Positions 43,431-55,465 of a DNA stretch of 64,000 nucleotides are shown piece by piece. Position 1 is the stretch's first letter. Each line of letters opens with the position of its first letter. Source of the stretch: Lama glama (lineage: Eukaryota); NCBI GenBank assembly GCA_028534125.1, contig CM052816.1, positions 64,296,001-64,360,000 on the forward strand, written 5' to 3'. The translations under genes were made by a program, and so were the position numbers. The notes under the pieces were generated by a model. It made no database searches. It had not been told where the DNA came from and worked only from the letters and a program-made list of their open reading frames with translations.

Positions 43431-44769
43431 AAGTGTGACAGTATGTCTCATCTTTGGCTGGTACTTGTGCCACCTCTCATTTTTGAGGTGTTTACAGTTT
43501 TTTTTTCTGATGTTCATAGAACTCATTACTAAATTACTTATAATTGCCCTTTTCAAACAGGCCCCTACCCTAGGGACTAAATCAGGGCTAGAGTCCTCTG
43601 GTTATGCTCCAATGTTTAGTATTAAGCAATGGTAAGAAATCAAAGTACAGAAAGTCTATAGCTTCCCAAATGCAGTGACTCATCATATCATATCACATTG
43701 CACCACATCAGCCAGTGTGGTCAGGAGGTAGGTTCTTAGGCAGACTTCATAAACAGGACTCCCAGTAGCTAAACTGATAGGCACAAATAAGAGAGACACC
43801 CTCTCCCCCAGCACCATACCAAGCACCTGGTTGCAGTCAGATACACAGAGAGATGGATAACTAAGAAATTTATTTGAAATTAGCGGTGGAGTCCTATCCA
43901 GACATCTATCATGGCTCCTCTACCTGCCTTTAATTTAAAAAAGACAAATTTGAATTAAATTCCATAGAGATGTATCAAATTCCTGAAGCAGTGGGTTTCA
44001 AAGAAAGATCCTGAGAGTGCCCCAGAGCATAATGCACACAATTTTGGAGCTAGGAACCAGAAACTGACACTCACTCCTCACATGACTCTTTTTTTACACT
44101 CAAGTTTGAAAACTACTCTTTGGTGGCAAGAACTTCCCACAGTCCCAGCACTTAGAAGGAGTCCTTCAGAAAGAAAAAAAAAGGCTTTTCTTCATCATTA
44201 GCAGTAGTTATCTCAGCTAATTAAAAGAATAATTGGCCATTAATAGGAAGATTCCAAGGCATGAGAATTAGATTAGATCAAAGGAACTTAAAGTCATTTG
44301 AAGATGGACACAAATTATTCCCATTTCCGTGTTTTTCCCCATACTGGGATATACTTTTTTTACATTATAACCAAAGCCAATTATGTTCCCTGGGATGTAA
44401 TTAAATTGTTTAGAGAGGAAGAAAATCCTAAAACAGCAATGGCTAGCCTATGAATCAAGCATTATTCTCTCCTTCAATGGAATGACAGAATTCTATTCTA
44501 TGTGGCTAAAACAGAGTAAAGAATGAGATATTAGAGATGACACTTCATCAGGGAAAAATGTCCAATAACAGAGAAAAGTACCAGAAGACTCTCCCTGGTC
44601 AATTCTTTCCACCAAATAGATTCTTGGGCAAAATAAGAAGTGGGCAGGGAATAATCAACCCACAATTGATTGATTTAAACAGTTGCTCCATCTTTGAAGA
44701 GGGGGAAAATTTCATCCATTTCAATTTTGCTAAATTTCAGAAAATCAAACCACTGATATTTCTCTATTA

Positions 44770-44960
44770 TTGTTTAGAGCATGGGTGCAGACACAGTGCT
44801 AGGTCAGTTTATAAACAGGAACTCATTTGGTCCCCCAGTCCCTACACACAAGAAACAGGAAACTGAGGCTCAAAGAAATTCGCCAAAGGTTATTCAGGTC
44901 TAATCTGGCCAAGCAGGGATTCAGGTTCAGTCTGTCTGATGATAAAGCCAGAATTTTTAT
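44770..44960 (-). mobile_element. MIR SINE
   Basis: GGAAACTGAGGCTCAAAGA...GGGATTCAGGTTCAGTCTGTCTGA. Confidence 0.6.
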
Positions 44961-44968
44961 TCATTATC

Positions 44969-45131
44969 AAGTATTTCCCAAACTGGCCAGATCATAAGAA
45001 ATGCCCTGTGTGCTTGTTTAAAACTAGATTTCCTTTACCTCTCCCCTGGGGAGGACTGAGGTGAAACTTGGAATCTGTCTTTTAACATATGCCCTGGATA
45101 ATTCTTCAGAATAGGCAAATTGGGAAACACC
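44969..45131. mobile_element. MER5-like hAT-Charlie MITE
   Basis: AGTATTTCCCAAACT ... AAATTGGGAAACACC inverted termini; internal GGAATCTGTCTTTTAACA. Confidence 0.65.
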
Positions 45132-45789
45132 ATAATTCCATGGTCACATGATCACTTACTAACCTACAGTTTCATTCCTTAAGATGTACCCTTCTGATAC
45201 ATGTGATTTGCTATAATTATAAGAAAATGTATTAAACCACTGATCAACCTACCAATCTTTTCCATCCTATTTCTAAGAACAGTGTATTCTGTTAAGACAA
45301 AAGCCTTTAAAATTACAACATGGAATTTTGAAAAATAAATCATTCCATCTCACTGTATACAAAAAAATCAGGTTGTCGATTTGCTTATAAATTAATTTAC
45401 TTCAAATTTTGTAATTTGGACAATAATTCCTCCCTTTAGAGGTAAAAAATATCTGCTTTTTTAAATATTAGCTAATCAACTCTTGTTAATTTTTAGCAAA
45501 AATATTTTAGTGTAAATATAGTCTGTGTACAATTTCAGTATTGTGAAAACTGACCAGAGTATTATTCTACTGTTCATTCCAATCCAGAGTGTAATGGTGA
45601 AGTTCTCATCAAACGAGATCTTCTCAGAACTGGAATATTTAACAGGCCTCCAATCTGGCTTAGAACCTAGTGTTAGCCAAAAGAAATAGGAAATGCCACA
45701 TTTAACTATAGCTTTTAGCCTTTCCCCTTTTTGGTAACTGTAACTTTTTAGTAAGTATTTTGTTAAACTTGTCGCAAGAAAGATATGAG

Positions 45790-45965
45790 GGGGAGAGTAT
45801 AGCTCAGTGGTAGGGTGTGTGCTTAGCATGCAGAAGGTCCTGGGTTCAATTCCCAGTACCTCCATTAAAATAGATATATAAAAATAAATAAACCTAATTG
45901 CCTCCCCCGCCAAAACAAACCAAAAAAACAACAAAAACAAAACACAAACACAAAATTCTTTAAAA
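45790..45965 (+). mobile_element. tRNA-derived SINE (vic-1-like)
   Basis: TATAGCTCAGTGGTAGGG...GGTCCTGGGTTCAATTCCCAGTACCTCC, A-rich tail; degenerate TSD AAGAAAGATATGAG / AAGAAAGACACAAG. Confidence 0.9.
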
Positions 45966-47689
45966 AAGAAAGACACAAGAATACTATTTAATTGAATAAT
46001 ATAATAAATACCTACTTCCATATTTATTTACCTAAGCCAACTGGGGGAAAACTCCCACTTTTAAACACTGAAAAAGTAGTACTATAGAAAAATCATAACT
46101 TAGAAAATTAATGATTTCCCTAAAATTGCATCATTCTACCAGTTCACTCTCTTGCAGGTATCTCTGGTAGGTAAGATGGCACAAGAAAAACACATTTAAG
46201 ACATTAAATGCTACAGTATGAACATATTCTCTAGGGAGATAAAAGATGCTATGACATGTGTGAAGGATGTATTTGCAGAAAATAATGTCATCTCCCAAAT
46301 CATTTCATAAACATAGAGCATGAACATTTTCCAAAGTGATCAAGCAATATTTTATTCATTCTCACTCCCATCTGGAGGAAGTAGAGATCTACAATTCAGA
46401 AAACCAAGCAACTTTAGGGGGCACTTTACGCCTAGATAAAGATTATTTGTATTTAAGAAACAAGCATGAAAATTAAAGTTAAAAACGTGAAAGCCAAACT
46501 TTATAATGTATTTATTAAGGGCATTTTATCACCTACAATATTTTTAAATATTCAAGAACTCATTCCTTGTCAAGAATAGCATCATGACAATTCAAATATG
46601 AAAAGTGTCACTTCCAATGACTTCTTTCAAACCCAGAATTAGATAACTTGTGAAATGGAGCAGTCATAGTAAGAGCTGGTGTGTTAGATAACCTTGCAAC
46701 TTGAAATCTATATTAACTAACACCTCTACAGAACCACAGTACAGTAAAACCAGGGCTATGCAGAACCTTTATAAGAGCCATCCTGAATAGACAATTTCCC
46801 CAAATAACTGAAGGTTTACTTCTTAAGTAGCAAAACTCTTTTAAAAACCTTAACTCTGTAGGCTAGAAATCTTCTAAAACACAATTCCCTTCCTTGATGT
46901 CTTAAGCATAAGGTCCCACTATAAACACGATGATGCCCTCAAGATCTACCAAGGCATGCAAGACAGTGTTTCCATAACTAAGGGCTCCAGATCGCTTTCA
47001 TTCTTTCTTTCCTTTCTTCCTTCCTTTGTTGCTTTTGTTTTTGTTTTTAGTTTTTATGTCTTTTACCTCGGTGTTTTTGGTCTCCTCTACAGTTGTGCTG
47101 TCTCATTACTTTTAATTATTGTCATATAACCCCATCCCTTCTCCCTTTCTGAATAATTGCTTCCCATTTGCTGTGGCTTTGGAACCCAGAAAACTTGCTT
47201 TTTAGAATTGTGTGTAAAGTAAAAATCAACTTAGTTCTTAATGAGGATATCTCTTCTGGTTAAAATATGCATGGTTTTTGTCACATTTATTTTGGCTTCT
47301 TGCAGGCTCCCTGGATCCCAGGGTGGTTGCAGATAAAGGGGAGGTTATTAGATGGTCAAACTCTGGCTTCTGAGGGGTTAATATGTGATGATAATTGAAA
47401 TTCACAATGATGGCTCTGAGGTGCCTACTGAATCATCATACATAAAATATTTTGAATATAATTTAGGTTTAAAGTCTTCATAAAATTACAATCCTTTGAC
47501 GCTTGGTGGTTCACATCCGGAATTTATGACAATATCCTGACAGCTTTCAGATGAACCAGAAGCTGCCATTCCCAGATCACATACAAGAAGGGCCTGTCAT
47601 GCATTCCTGTTACAGCTTGAGCTCGCCCGGGAGTGAGAAGGGATAGAGGAGAAAATCCTCAACAAGCTCAGCCTGCAAGACTCAAGGCT

Positions 47690-48100
47690 GTGCACTGGGA
47701 ACGACCTGGCTCCTGCTCACCTCTCCAGCTGGCCTTGCCCCAAGTTCATTCCCCTCACTCTCTGGGGCTCTGCCAACACCAGCTGCTCAGGCCTGCTTTC
47801 GGTTCCTTGAACGCTGGAGGCTCACTTCCCCCAGGGGGCCTTTGCCCAGGAGTTCCCACTGCCTGGAATGCTCTCCCTCCCCAGGTCCGGCAACCACTGC
47901 CTAGTTTCCTCCTACTCAGCTTAATCATACTTCCTTAGGAAGGCCTGGCCGCTCTGACAGGTCAGCTCCGCCAATGACACATTCTCATTGTTACTGTACC
48001 TCTCCTAGGAGCCCTTACAGAGTTGTAGTTTTTCATTTAGTTGTTTGTAGGACAGATTACCTAGAAAAATAGTAGGTGCTCAATAAATATTTGTTCATTC
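47690..48100 (+). mobile_element. L2 3' end
   Basis: CCCACTGCCTGGAATGCTCTCCCT ... TAGTAGGTGCTCAATAAATATTTGTT. Confidence 0.75.
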
Positions 48101-51100
48101 CATGGAAGGGAGGGAACAAGGGCTCTTCAGCCAGACCTGCCTCCTCACTGTGGTTAACATCACAGCCTATCAGGAGAGCGATGGCCAACACCTCACCTCC
48201 ACTTGACTGCTGCCACGGCCCAATGGTGGGTCTCTCCTTCATTTTCAAGAAAAGAATAAAATCTACTCAATGAACATGCAGCAGTGTGCCATGAATCTAT
48301 TACTACCACTATGTTCTGTACGTTGTGGCATTATTCCAAGCAAAGAAGTAAGAAAATCTTCCCAAATTTCAAAACCTTTGCCACACTGTCATACATGCTC
48401 CCTATCACATTTGTCTTTTGTTAATTTTATTTTTTTGGCTTTCAAGTTTTGGCCATTTCAGGTGTTCTGGTTACTACAGAAATAGGAAACAATGATCTCT
48501 TAGAGATTAAGAGGGGGGAAATATCCCCTCTATTGGGGTTCTAGAAGTTTCCCCCATTGATAGTATTTGTGAATAGATAGAATGTTGATTTGGAGGCAAT
48601 GCTTCTGTGACATCAACAAATACTTATTTTTGTCCCTATTATGTGCCTGGAATGCCTCCACCTCCAAACTGTTATATTAAAGATAAACATGCCCCCTTCC
48701 CAGCTGTGGGCTCTTGGGCTTATCCTTAAATCAAGTTCAAATTGCTGACCATGAACTATTAGCTCTAAGTAAGAACTTTTACCTCTTTCCTCTAGTCACC
48801 TTCATAACACTTTAGATATTTTTCTAAGTTCTTCCTGACACACTGGAAACTTGGGTTACAAAGAACCATACTATATATGTTGCCAATTTTATTTTTTCTT
48901 TCACTATTTCACAGGAACATAAAGATTTCTTAACTTCCAGAGCAAGATATAAACATTAAATGTTGCCTCTTTCTTGTTGTTCTGTAGTCTTAATAGTTAT
49001 AGTCTTAATAATTAAGTTTTCCACAGAAAACTTGACTGAAAACTTTGAAAAATCTGGAAAAGGAAGAAAATAGTTTACTTATTTCCAGAAGAGACAAATG
49101 TCCACAATTTTACATCCTCTCAGAATGGTTTAATTTCTTTTAGACTTTGAACTTAGAACACATATGCATGTATATGGCTATGTAAGTCTAGGTTTTTTAA
49201 CAAATTATATAGTATCCTGTGTTGTAATGTTCAATTCTCATGTCACCAGAAAGCTTCCAAGTTCCCTGAAGGACAGATATGGATGAGTCTAACACTAGCT
49301 CTTGCTTGGTTTGTGTGTGGAAGCCTGGCCTGCTGCCTCTCCTTCTCCATCTAAGGCACCATCCTCCAGTAGAGCATCCACTGGCCCCCACTGCACTTCC
49401 CTACTCGACCCTGATGACTTTTTTCTTGCCTGTAATTCTGGCTTTAGGAATATTGAGAGGAGGCTTGTACCTTAAAAGTGTGTTTGAGCAAGGCCAGATC
49501 TCCAGGCTAAAGATATTCCCTTCAATTTACAATTCAACCATTAGAGATTTAGTTCTTTCAGCCCTTCATGAGCCTCCTTTGAATAACATCAATAACCCCT
49601 TCAAGGGCTAAGACTTGACGTAATTATCAATTTATAATCCCAAGGGATTAGTCAAACTGATTGAGTGGCAGCCCTTCTGCCACCTCCCATGGAAAATTAA
49701 AATTAGGACAGGCCCTGAAGGATCGTGCTAATAGGGGGAGGGTCGCTGGGGTGCAGGTGGGGGGCGCTGAATGAACTTCACTAATTTCACAATGTTGCCT
49801 TGGGTTTCACACTTTTCAATTCATGGCTCTCCTTTAAGTTTCCTTTTTCTCCCCCCTCCCACCTTGTTCTACCTTTGTTTCTCTTGCCTAGGTTTATCTG
49901 TGTGTGACTATGTGTGTGCATTATATCTGCGTGTGCAAACAACTGTGTATATCCCCAGGTCTGTCTTTGTTGTGACATCAACTTGTCTAGCAGCGCAATC
50001 ATAAAAAATTAATTCAGATTCCTTGTTGGATGATTTCAGTATTTTCACCTTCATTAACAGCTAATCACCACACAATAGATTACTCAACCAGAGTTTGAAA
50101 TATGCCTTCAAGGTGGCTAGACTAACTGGAATGATCAGGTAAGGGGACTTCAGGAGGGTATCATATACACACAGCTATTATGTCTTTGTGGGAACATGCG
50201 TTTGCCTATGAATTGTCTGTGCATGTTCTTGGCAGGTCCCCTTTCTCATCCTCCATTCCCCGCCCGCACCCGCCCCAGCCTCTGCCAGGCCTGCCTACAG
50301 ATCCCTCAATCGGAGCCTCCCAGAGAGAGGTGAGAGCTCATTCAGGTCCTGAGGGCACACTGGGACACTCCTCTCAGGACAGTGTCTGCAGGTGAGGCAG
50401 ACAGGCCGACTGCACCCCAACAGGGTTCAGAGTCAGGCTAGGAGGTAAAGATGCATAGCCAGAAGGCTTGGAAAGGTGCCACTGGGGATAAAGCCAGGTA
50501 TCTTGCCACCCTCGGAAAATATTCCTCTTGCCCTGTCCTAAGGGACAAATTAGCATCAGAGTCAGAAGTGTGACCCTGAAGCTGAAGCTTTATGTGGGCT
50601 CTTCCTCCAACCATTGAAAAGACTTTGGTGGCTGTGGGGGTTCGGTTACTGTGTGGGTTAGGTTGGTGTCGAAGGTGATGAGACCCTCTGCCACCCCACA
50701 GAACCCCAGCTCCAACACTGTCAGCTTGGCCCGAGGAGCAGCAAACTGGGGAAGGGCAGGCACTGGGTGCGAGCCTCAGCTTCCACATGCAGGTACTGTT
50801 TTTGGCGGTCTGGTACAAACCACTAGCTCCTCTGGCCACACAAAGTGCTCTGTGGGCAGGACCAGCCCTGTTTGCCCTCAGTGGGGACAGTTACCAATGG
50901 CTGGTTGAATTTGTCAGGTTTGCTCTCCACATTTGTCAATGACCATTATCAGGTGTTGCTAGGGTTGCAGGAGAAAGGTTTCACTTGATTGGCTAAGCCA
51001 CTGTATTCTGTAACCAATCTAGATGCTGTGCCTCGGGGAGGGGGCTCAACATGATTGAACAATATCAAGCTCAGGCAGACACATTCTGGTTACTAATAAG

Positions 51101-54100
51101 GTGTCTGGAAAAATAGAATTATAGTGTGCAGGAATCCCCTGCCCCTCAACAGCTCCAGCCATGGAGTGGCTGCTGTTCAAAATGTTCCAGCCTAAGTTAA
51201 AAATCATTCCCACTGATTGGAGGATATCAAGATTTCAAAACAGGGAGTAACAATTGTAAGGAGGAAGTAAAACTCCTTGCTCATTGTGTTTTACAGCCTT
51301 CCTTAGTAAAACTGCTGAATTGTAATTTAAAATATTCCACCCTTTCAAATAAATTAAGTGCAGCCCTTAAAAACAGGAAATGAGAGAGGCGCCCACGTAT
51401 TGTCAGCTAAACATTCACAGGCCTAGTATCACAAAGCAAAGTTGAAAATCATAGGACAGTCCTATGAATTCACTTTAGGAGGATGACAACAGGGGTCACC
51501 ACTAAGGGAGACTTTATGCCTCTGGCAGTGTACCCTTGGGCTGAAACCTGAATACTAATTAGGAAACAAATGAAAGACAAACATCAGCTTGAAGGGAAAC
51601 CTGGAGCTTGCAAGATCATACTCTGAGATTCACATAAACCTTGTGGTACTAAGGAAAGTTGGGAGTGTACTTGACATTAGCAATGGCTGAACCCTCCCTT
51701 CAGAAAACATAACTGCCAGTTAGCCAGGTGTTCCTGCAGAACACTGGTAATATATCAAAAGCAAACAGAATTATCTTGCCTTAAAAATCAGTTAAGCTTC
51801 TGTACAGTACTGATTTCCTTTCCAGTTATCAATATAATCACCAAACTTCAGCATTTTTACCGTCAGGTTTGATTCAGTCATAAGAAAAGTTTCTTTAGTC
51901 TTCTTGCATTCCTTGTCATGCCTCTCCTTTACCCTCAGACTGGTTCCCTAGAGAGATGGCCTGGAAGAATACTAGCGGAAGAAAGGACAGGAGGAAGCGA
52001 GGGAGAAAAGAAAGAACGGAAGAAGAGGAAGAAAGAAAAAACATCGATGTAGGTTTCCTGTGGGTCCCAACCCCTGTTACTCTTTCCCCTTTCCAACTCA
52101 GACTCTTCTGCTCCTAAAGAACCCCACATTCAAGCCAAGGAACTTGAGCTTAGTTTCAGACTGAAACAGTGGTTCAGGATTCTGCATTTTACTTTATATA
52201 TATTTTGAAGTTGCTCAAAATGAGAAGAAAAAAAAAAAGAGTAAGATTCCAAGACTGAATTTTGGACAATTTCACCTCCCACTTTCATTGGTATAAAGAA
52301 GAATATACACAAGGAGAAAATGATCTTGAGGAGGACTGGCAGCAGGGCTGCCAGAGAGTTGCACAGAAAGTGCAGCTTCTCAGCCCTGCCCACCAGACTC
52401 CCTCCCCACTTAAGTCTACCCACACAGGCTGGTGGGACCCAGCTAGCTCACATCACACAGGATCCTCCTGTGTCTTAATGGAGACACTATAATAGCAGCA
52501 ATCAATATTCCAAAGGGAAGGAAACTTGGTATTTTGGTTTTCTTTTTGTTTTGTTTTGATTTTTTTTGTTGCATGTGATGCTAAATGCGGATATTTGTGC
52601 TGTTGGCAACATCTTAGGAAGTGATTTAACCCACTTACATAGCCAGGAATAATTTATCATGTGGCTCTGTGACTTTAACCCTATTTGTTTCTCCTTTCTT
52701 ATTATTTCAATCATGTTTGTGTACTAATTACTTAGGGCAGAGCTTTATTTCAGAGGCTCTGAAGTACTACTTGATTTTTCTAACTCAGAACTTAGCTTTC
52801 TCTCATTCTGACCTTATCTGCTCTCTTCAGAAACAGGTCCAGGAGACCAGAAAAACTTACCACCCACATCTGCTCTTCAAACTTGAGCAACTAACTGGAT
52901 GAAGACAGGTGGGTTAGGAAAGTCACCGTTATCCTAGATGGTGTCCCAGCCTGGCAGGCACACCCACATAGTCACAGGTGGGTGTTCTCCAGGGTTAGGA
53001 CTGCCCGGGGCTTTGCTAATTGGTGTTTGCTCTCCACAGTTTATATGTCAAGATAACTTCCAATGAGAATCATATAGTCAGAAATCCAAATGGTAGGTTA
53101 TAAAAACCTACTGGATCAATGAAAAACAAAAATTTGATGGCTAATTTCAACCTACAATCAAACAGTGAAAATCATCCATTTAAGTTTCGCCCCTTTCTTT
53201 TTCTGAATCACAGTGTCTAATAAAGGGGGAATTTTTTAAATGATAAAAAGTAGAAGTAAAGGGCCCAGGATAACCCACAACTAAATAAGCAGCTGCAGAA
53301 CATTAATGATCACTAGAGAAGATGAAATTAGAGAGGGAGAGAGACTCTCAAGGGAGTTGACATGAAGTTTGAAAGACCACATTCAGCCTGCACCCTCAAG
53401 AAAGTGTCTAAGAGAAAGTAGGCCAGAACAACAATGAAGGTAGGGTAAAAAAGATGTGACTTCAGTTTTCAAAATGTCATGTCTGTATTGAGTGTCCCTT
53501 TGGTCCAAATGAGAAACAAAGGGAGAAATCGAACAGCCTCGCTGACAAGCAGAGCAGCTGGCAAAGAGTCCAGGGTTAAATCTTGGGGAATGTTTCAGTG
53601 TGCAGCCTAGGAACAGGTGGGTAGAGTTCCTTCTGCAAGTCCTGCTTTTCTTTCTCATTGTCAGCTATTCCCCCTTTCAATCTTAGTTCCCCCCATGCCA
53701 TTGCTAACACCTGGGTCTCTCTGCGGATTTCTTTTCTTTTTTTCTTAATTTCTTAAAGCCTTTATGGGGAAGACTTTTCATTCATTCACACCATACATTC
53801 AAACCATTTAAGATACAGTTTTTCAGTAACATATGATTAATTTATAAAAAGCCATTTATGATGCTCATAAGCAAAAGGGCTGACTTGATTCCGTACTAAG
53901 GCCATGATCAATAGTTTTATTGGTGGTGACTCTTTCCAGCCATCAAACAGCATTCTTGTTCTTATAAAACAATGGAAAGGGAGGTCTAGACTTTGCTTTA
54001 TTCTCTGGGATGCTCTTGATAGTGTTGATAGACCACCAGGTTTTCCTCAGTTGTTCCCAATAGGAACATAAATGGATGTTTCTATACGCAAACAGCTATT

Positions 54101-54194
54101 ACAATGAACCCAGTGAAGCTTTGAGTTTCCTTGAGCCTACTATAGATGTTGGGAACACCATTTATTAAGATCAGTGTGTTTTGTCTAGGTCACT

Positions 54195-55465
54195 GAAAGC
54201 TATAACTATAAAAGAAAAAATTGATAAATTGGATTTCATTGAAATTAAAAACTTCTCATCAAAAGAGACCATTAAGAAAATGAATACACAAGCCATGGAC
54301 TGGAAGAAAATATTTGTGAAACATAAACTTGACAGAGGACTGATATCCACAGTGTGTAAAGAACTCCTACTCAGTCATAAAGAATAAAATTGTTTGAATG
54401 TATATAGGATTTGAACAGACATTTCACTAAAGAAGATATATGAATGGCAAATAAGCATATGATGATGTGTTCGACCTTCTTAGTCATCAGGAAAATGGAA
54501 ATTAAAACCACAATGGGATATCATGACACACTCACCAGGATGATAATGGTAAATACTAGCAAGGATGTGGAGCAACTGGAACTCTCACACATTGTTGGCG
54601 GGAATATTAAATGGTACATCTGCTTAGAAAAAGGAATAGCATTTTCTTTAAAAACTAAACACACACCTATCCTGGGATTTAGCAATTACACAAGTAGGTT
54701 TTCTCAAGGGAAATGAAAACATATTATCTATGAAAAAGCTTGCCTAAGAATGTTCCCCAAAACTTTATTCACAATAACCAAAACTGGATACCCCCTAGGT
54801 GTCCATGAACAGTTGAATGACTATACAAACTGTGGTATAGTCACATGATAGAATACTACTCAGCAATACAAAGGAATGAACTACTGTCACACAGAATAAC
54901 ATGACTCAATCTCAAAAACAGTATGCTGAGTGAAAAACATCTTACCAAAAAGAGTTTATTCTGCTTGAGTCCATTTATATGAAATTCTAGAATAGGCCAA
55001 ACTAATCTATAGTGAAAAAAGTTGAAATAGGAGTTGTCTCTGGGAAGGAGAGTAGAGGCGAGGATTGACAGAAAAGGGGGAGGGAACTTTCTGGGGCAAT
55101 GGTAATGTGCTGTGTCTTGATAGGGCTTTGGGTACACATTCTGATTGTCAACTCAGAAAATGTACACTTAAGATTATATTCCTTTGTATATGAATTCTAC
55201 ATCAAAAGAAAAAAGTAAATACTGAACTGAAGTTTTAGGTGGAAGTTTTTAGAAAGTTGGTTCGTGCCTGCTGTTCACTTTTAAAGGCATGAGAAAGGTA
55301 AGATGGATTAGTGGGAGAGGGATGTGTAGATATGTGGTAAAGCAAGAGTAGCAAAATGCAAATGGCAGACTCCACAATTAGATGGTGTGTATCCAGGTTT
55401 TCACCGTAAAATTCTTTCAACTTTGTGTATCTTCGGAAACCCTCATAGTAAAGTGCTGGAAGGTA
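54195..55465 (+). mobile_element. Old L1 (L1MB/L1MC-like) ORF2 3' part and 3'UTR
   Basis: Degenerate ORF2 peptides IKEKIDKLDFIEIKNFSSKETIKKM and MANKHMMMCSTFLVIRKMEIKTTM. Confidence 0.85.

Noticed and set aside
45790..45862. tRNA-Ala-like sequence as a real tRNA gene (also the other four copies)
   Set aside because: Mismatched stems, SINE tail and TSDs; these are SINE heads.
45476..46021. 181-aa minus-strand ORF
   Set aside because: Runs through an antisense SINE and its T-rich tail; no coding signature.
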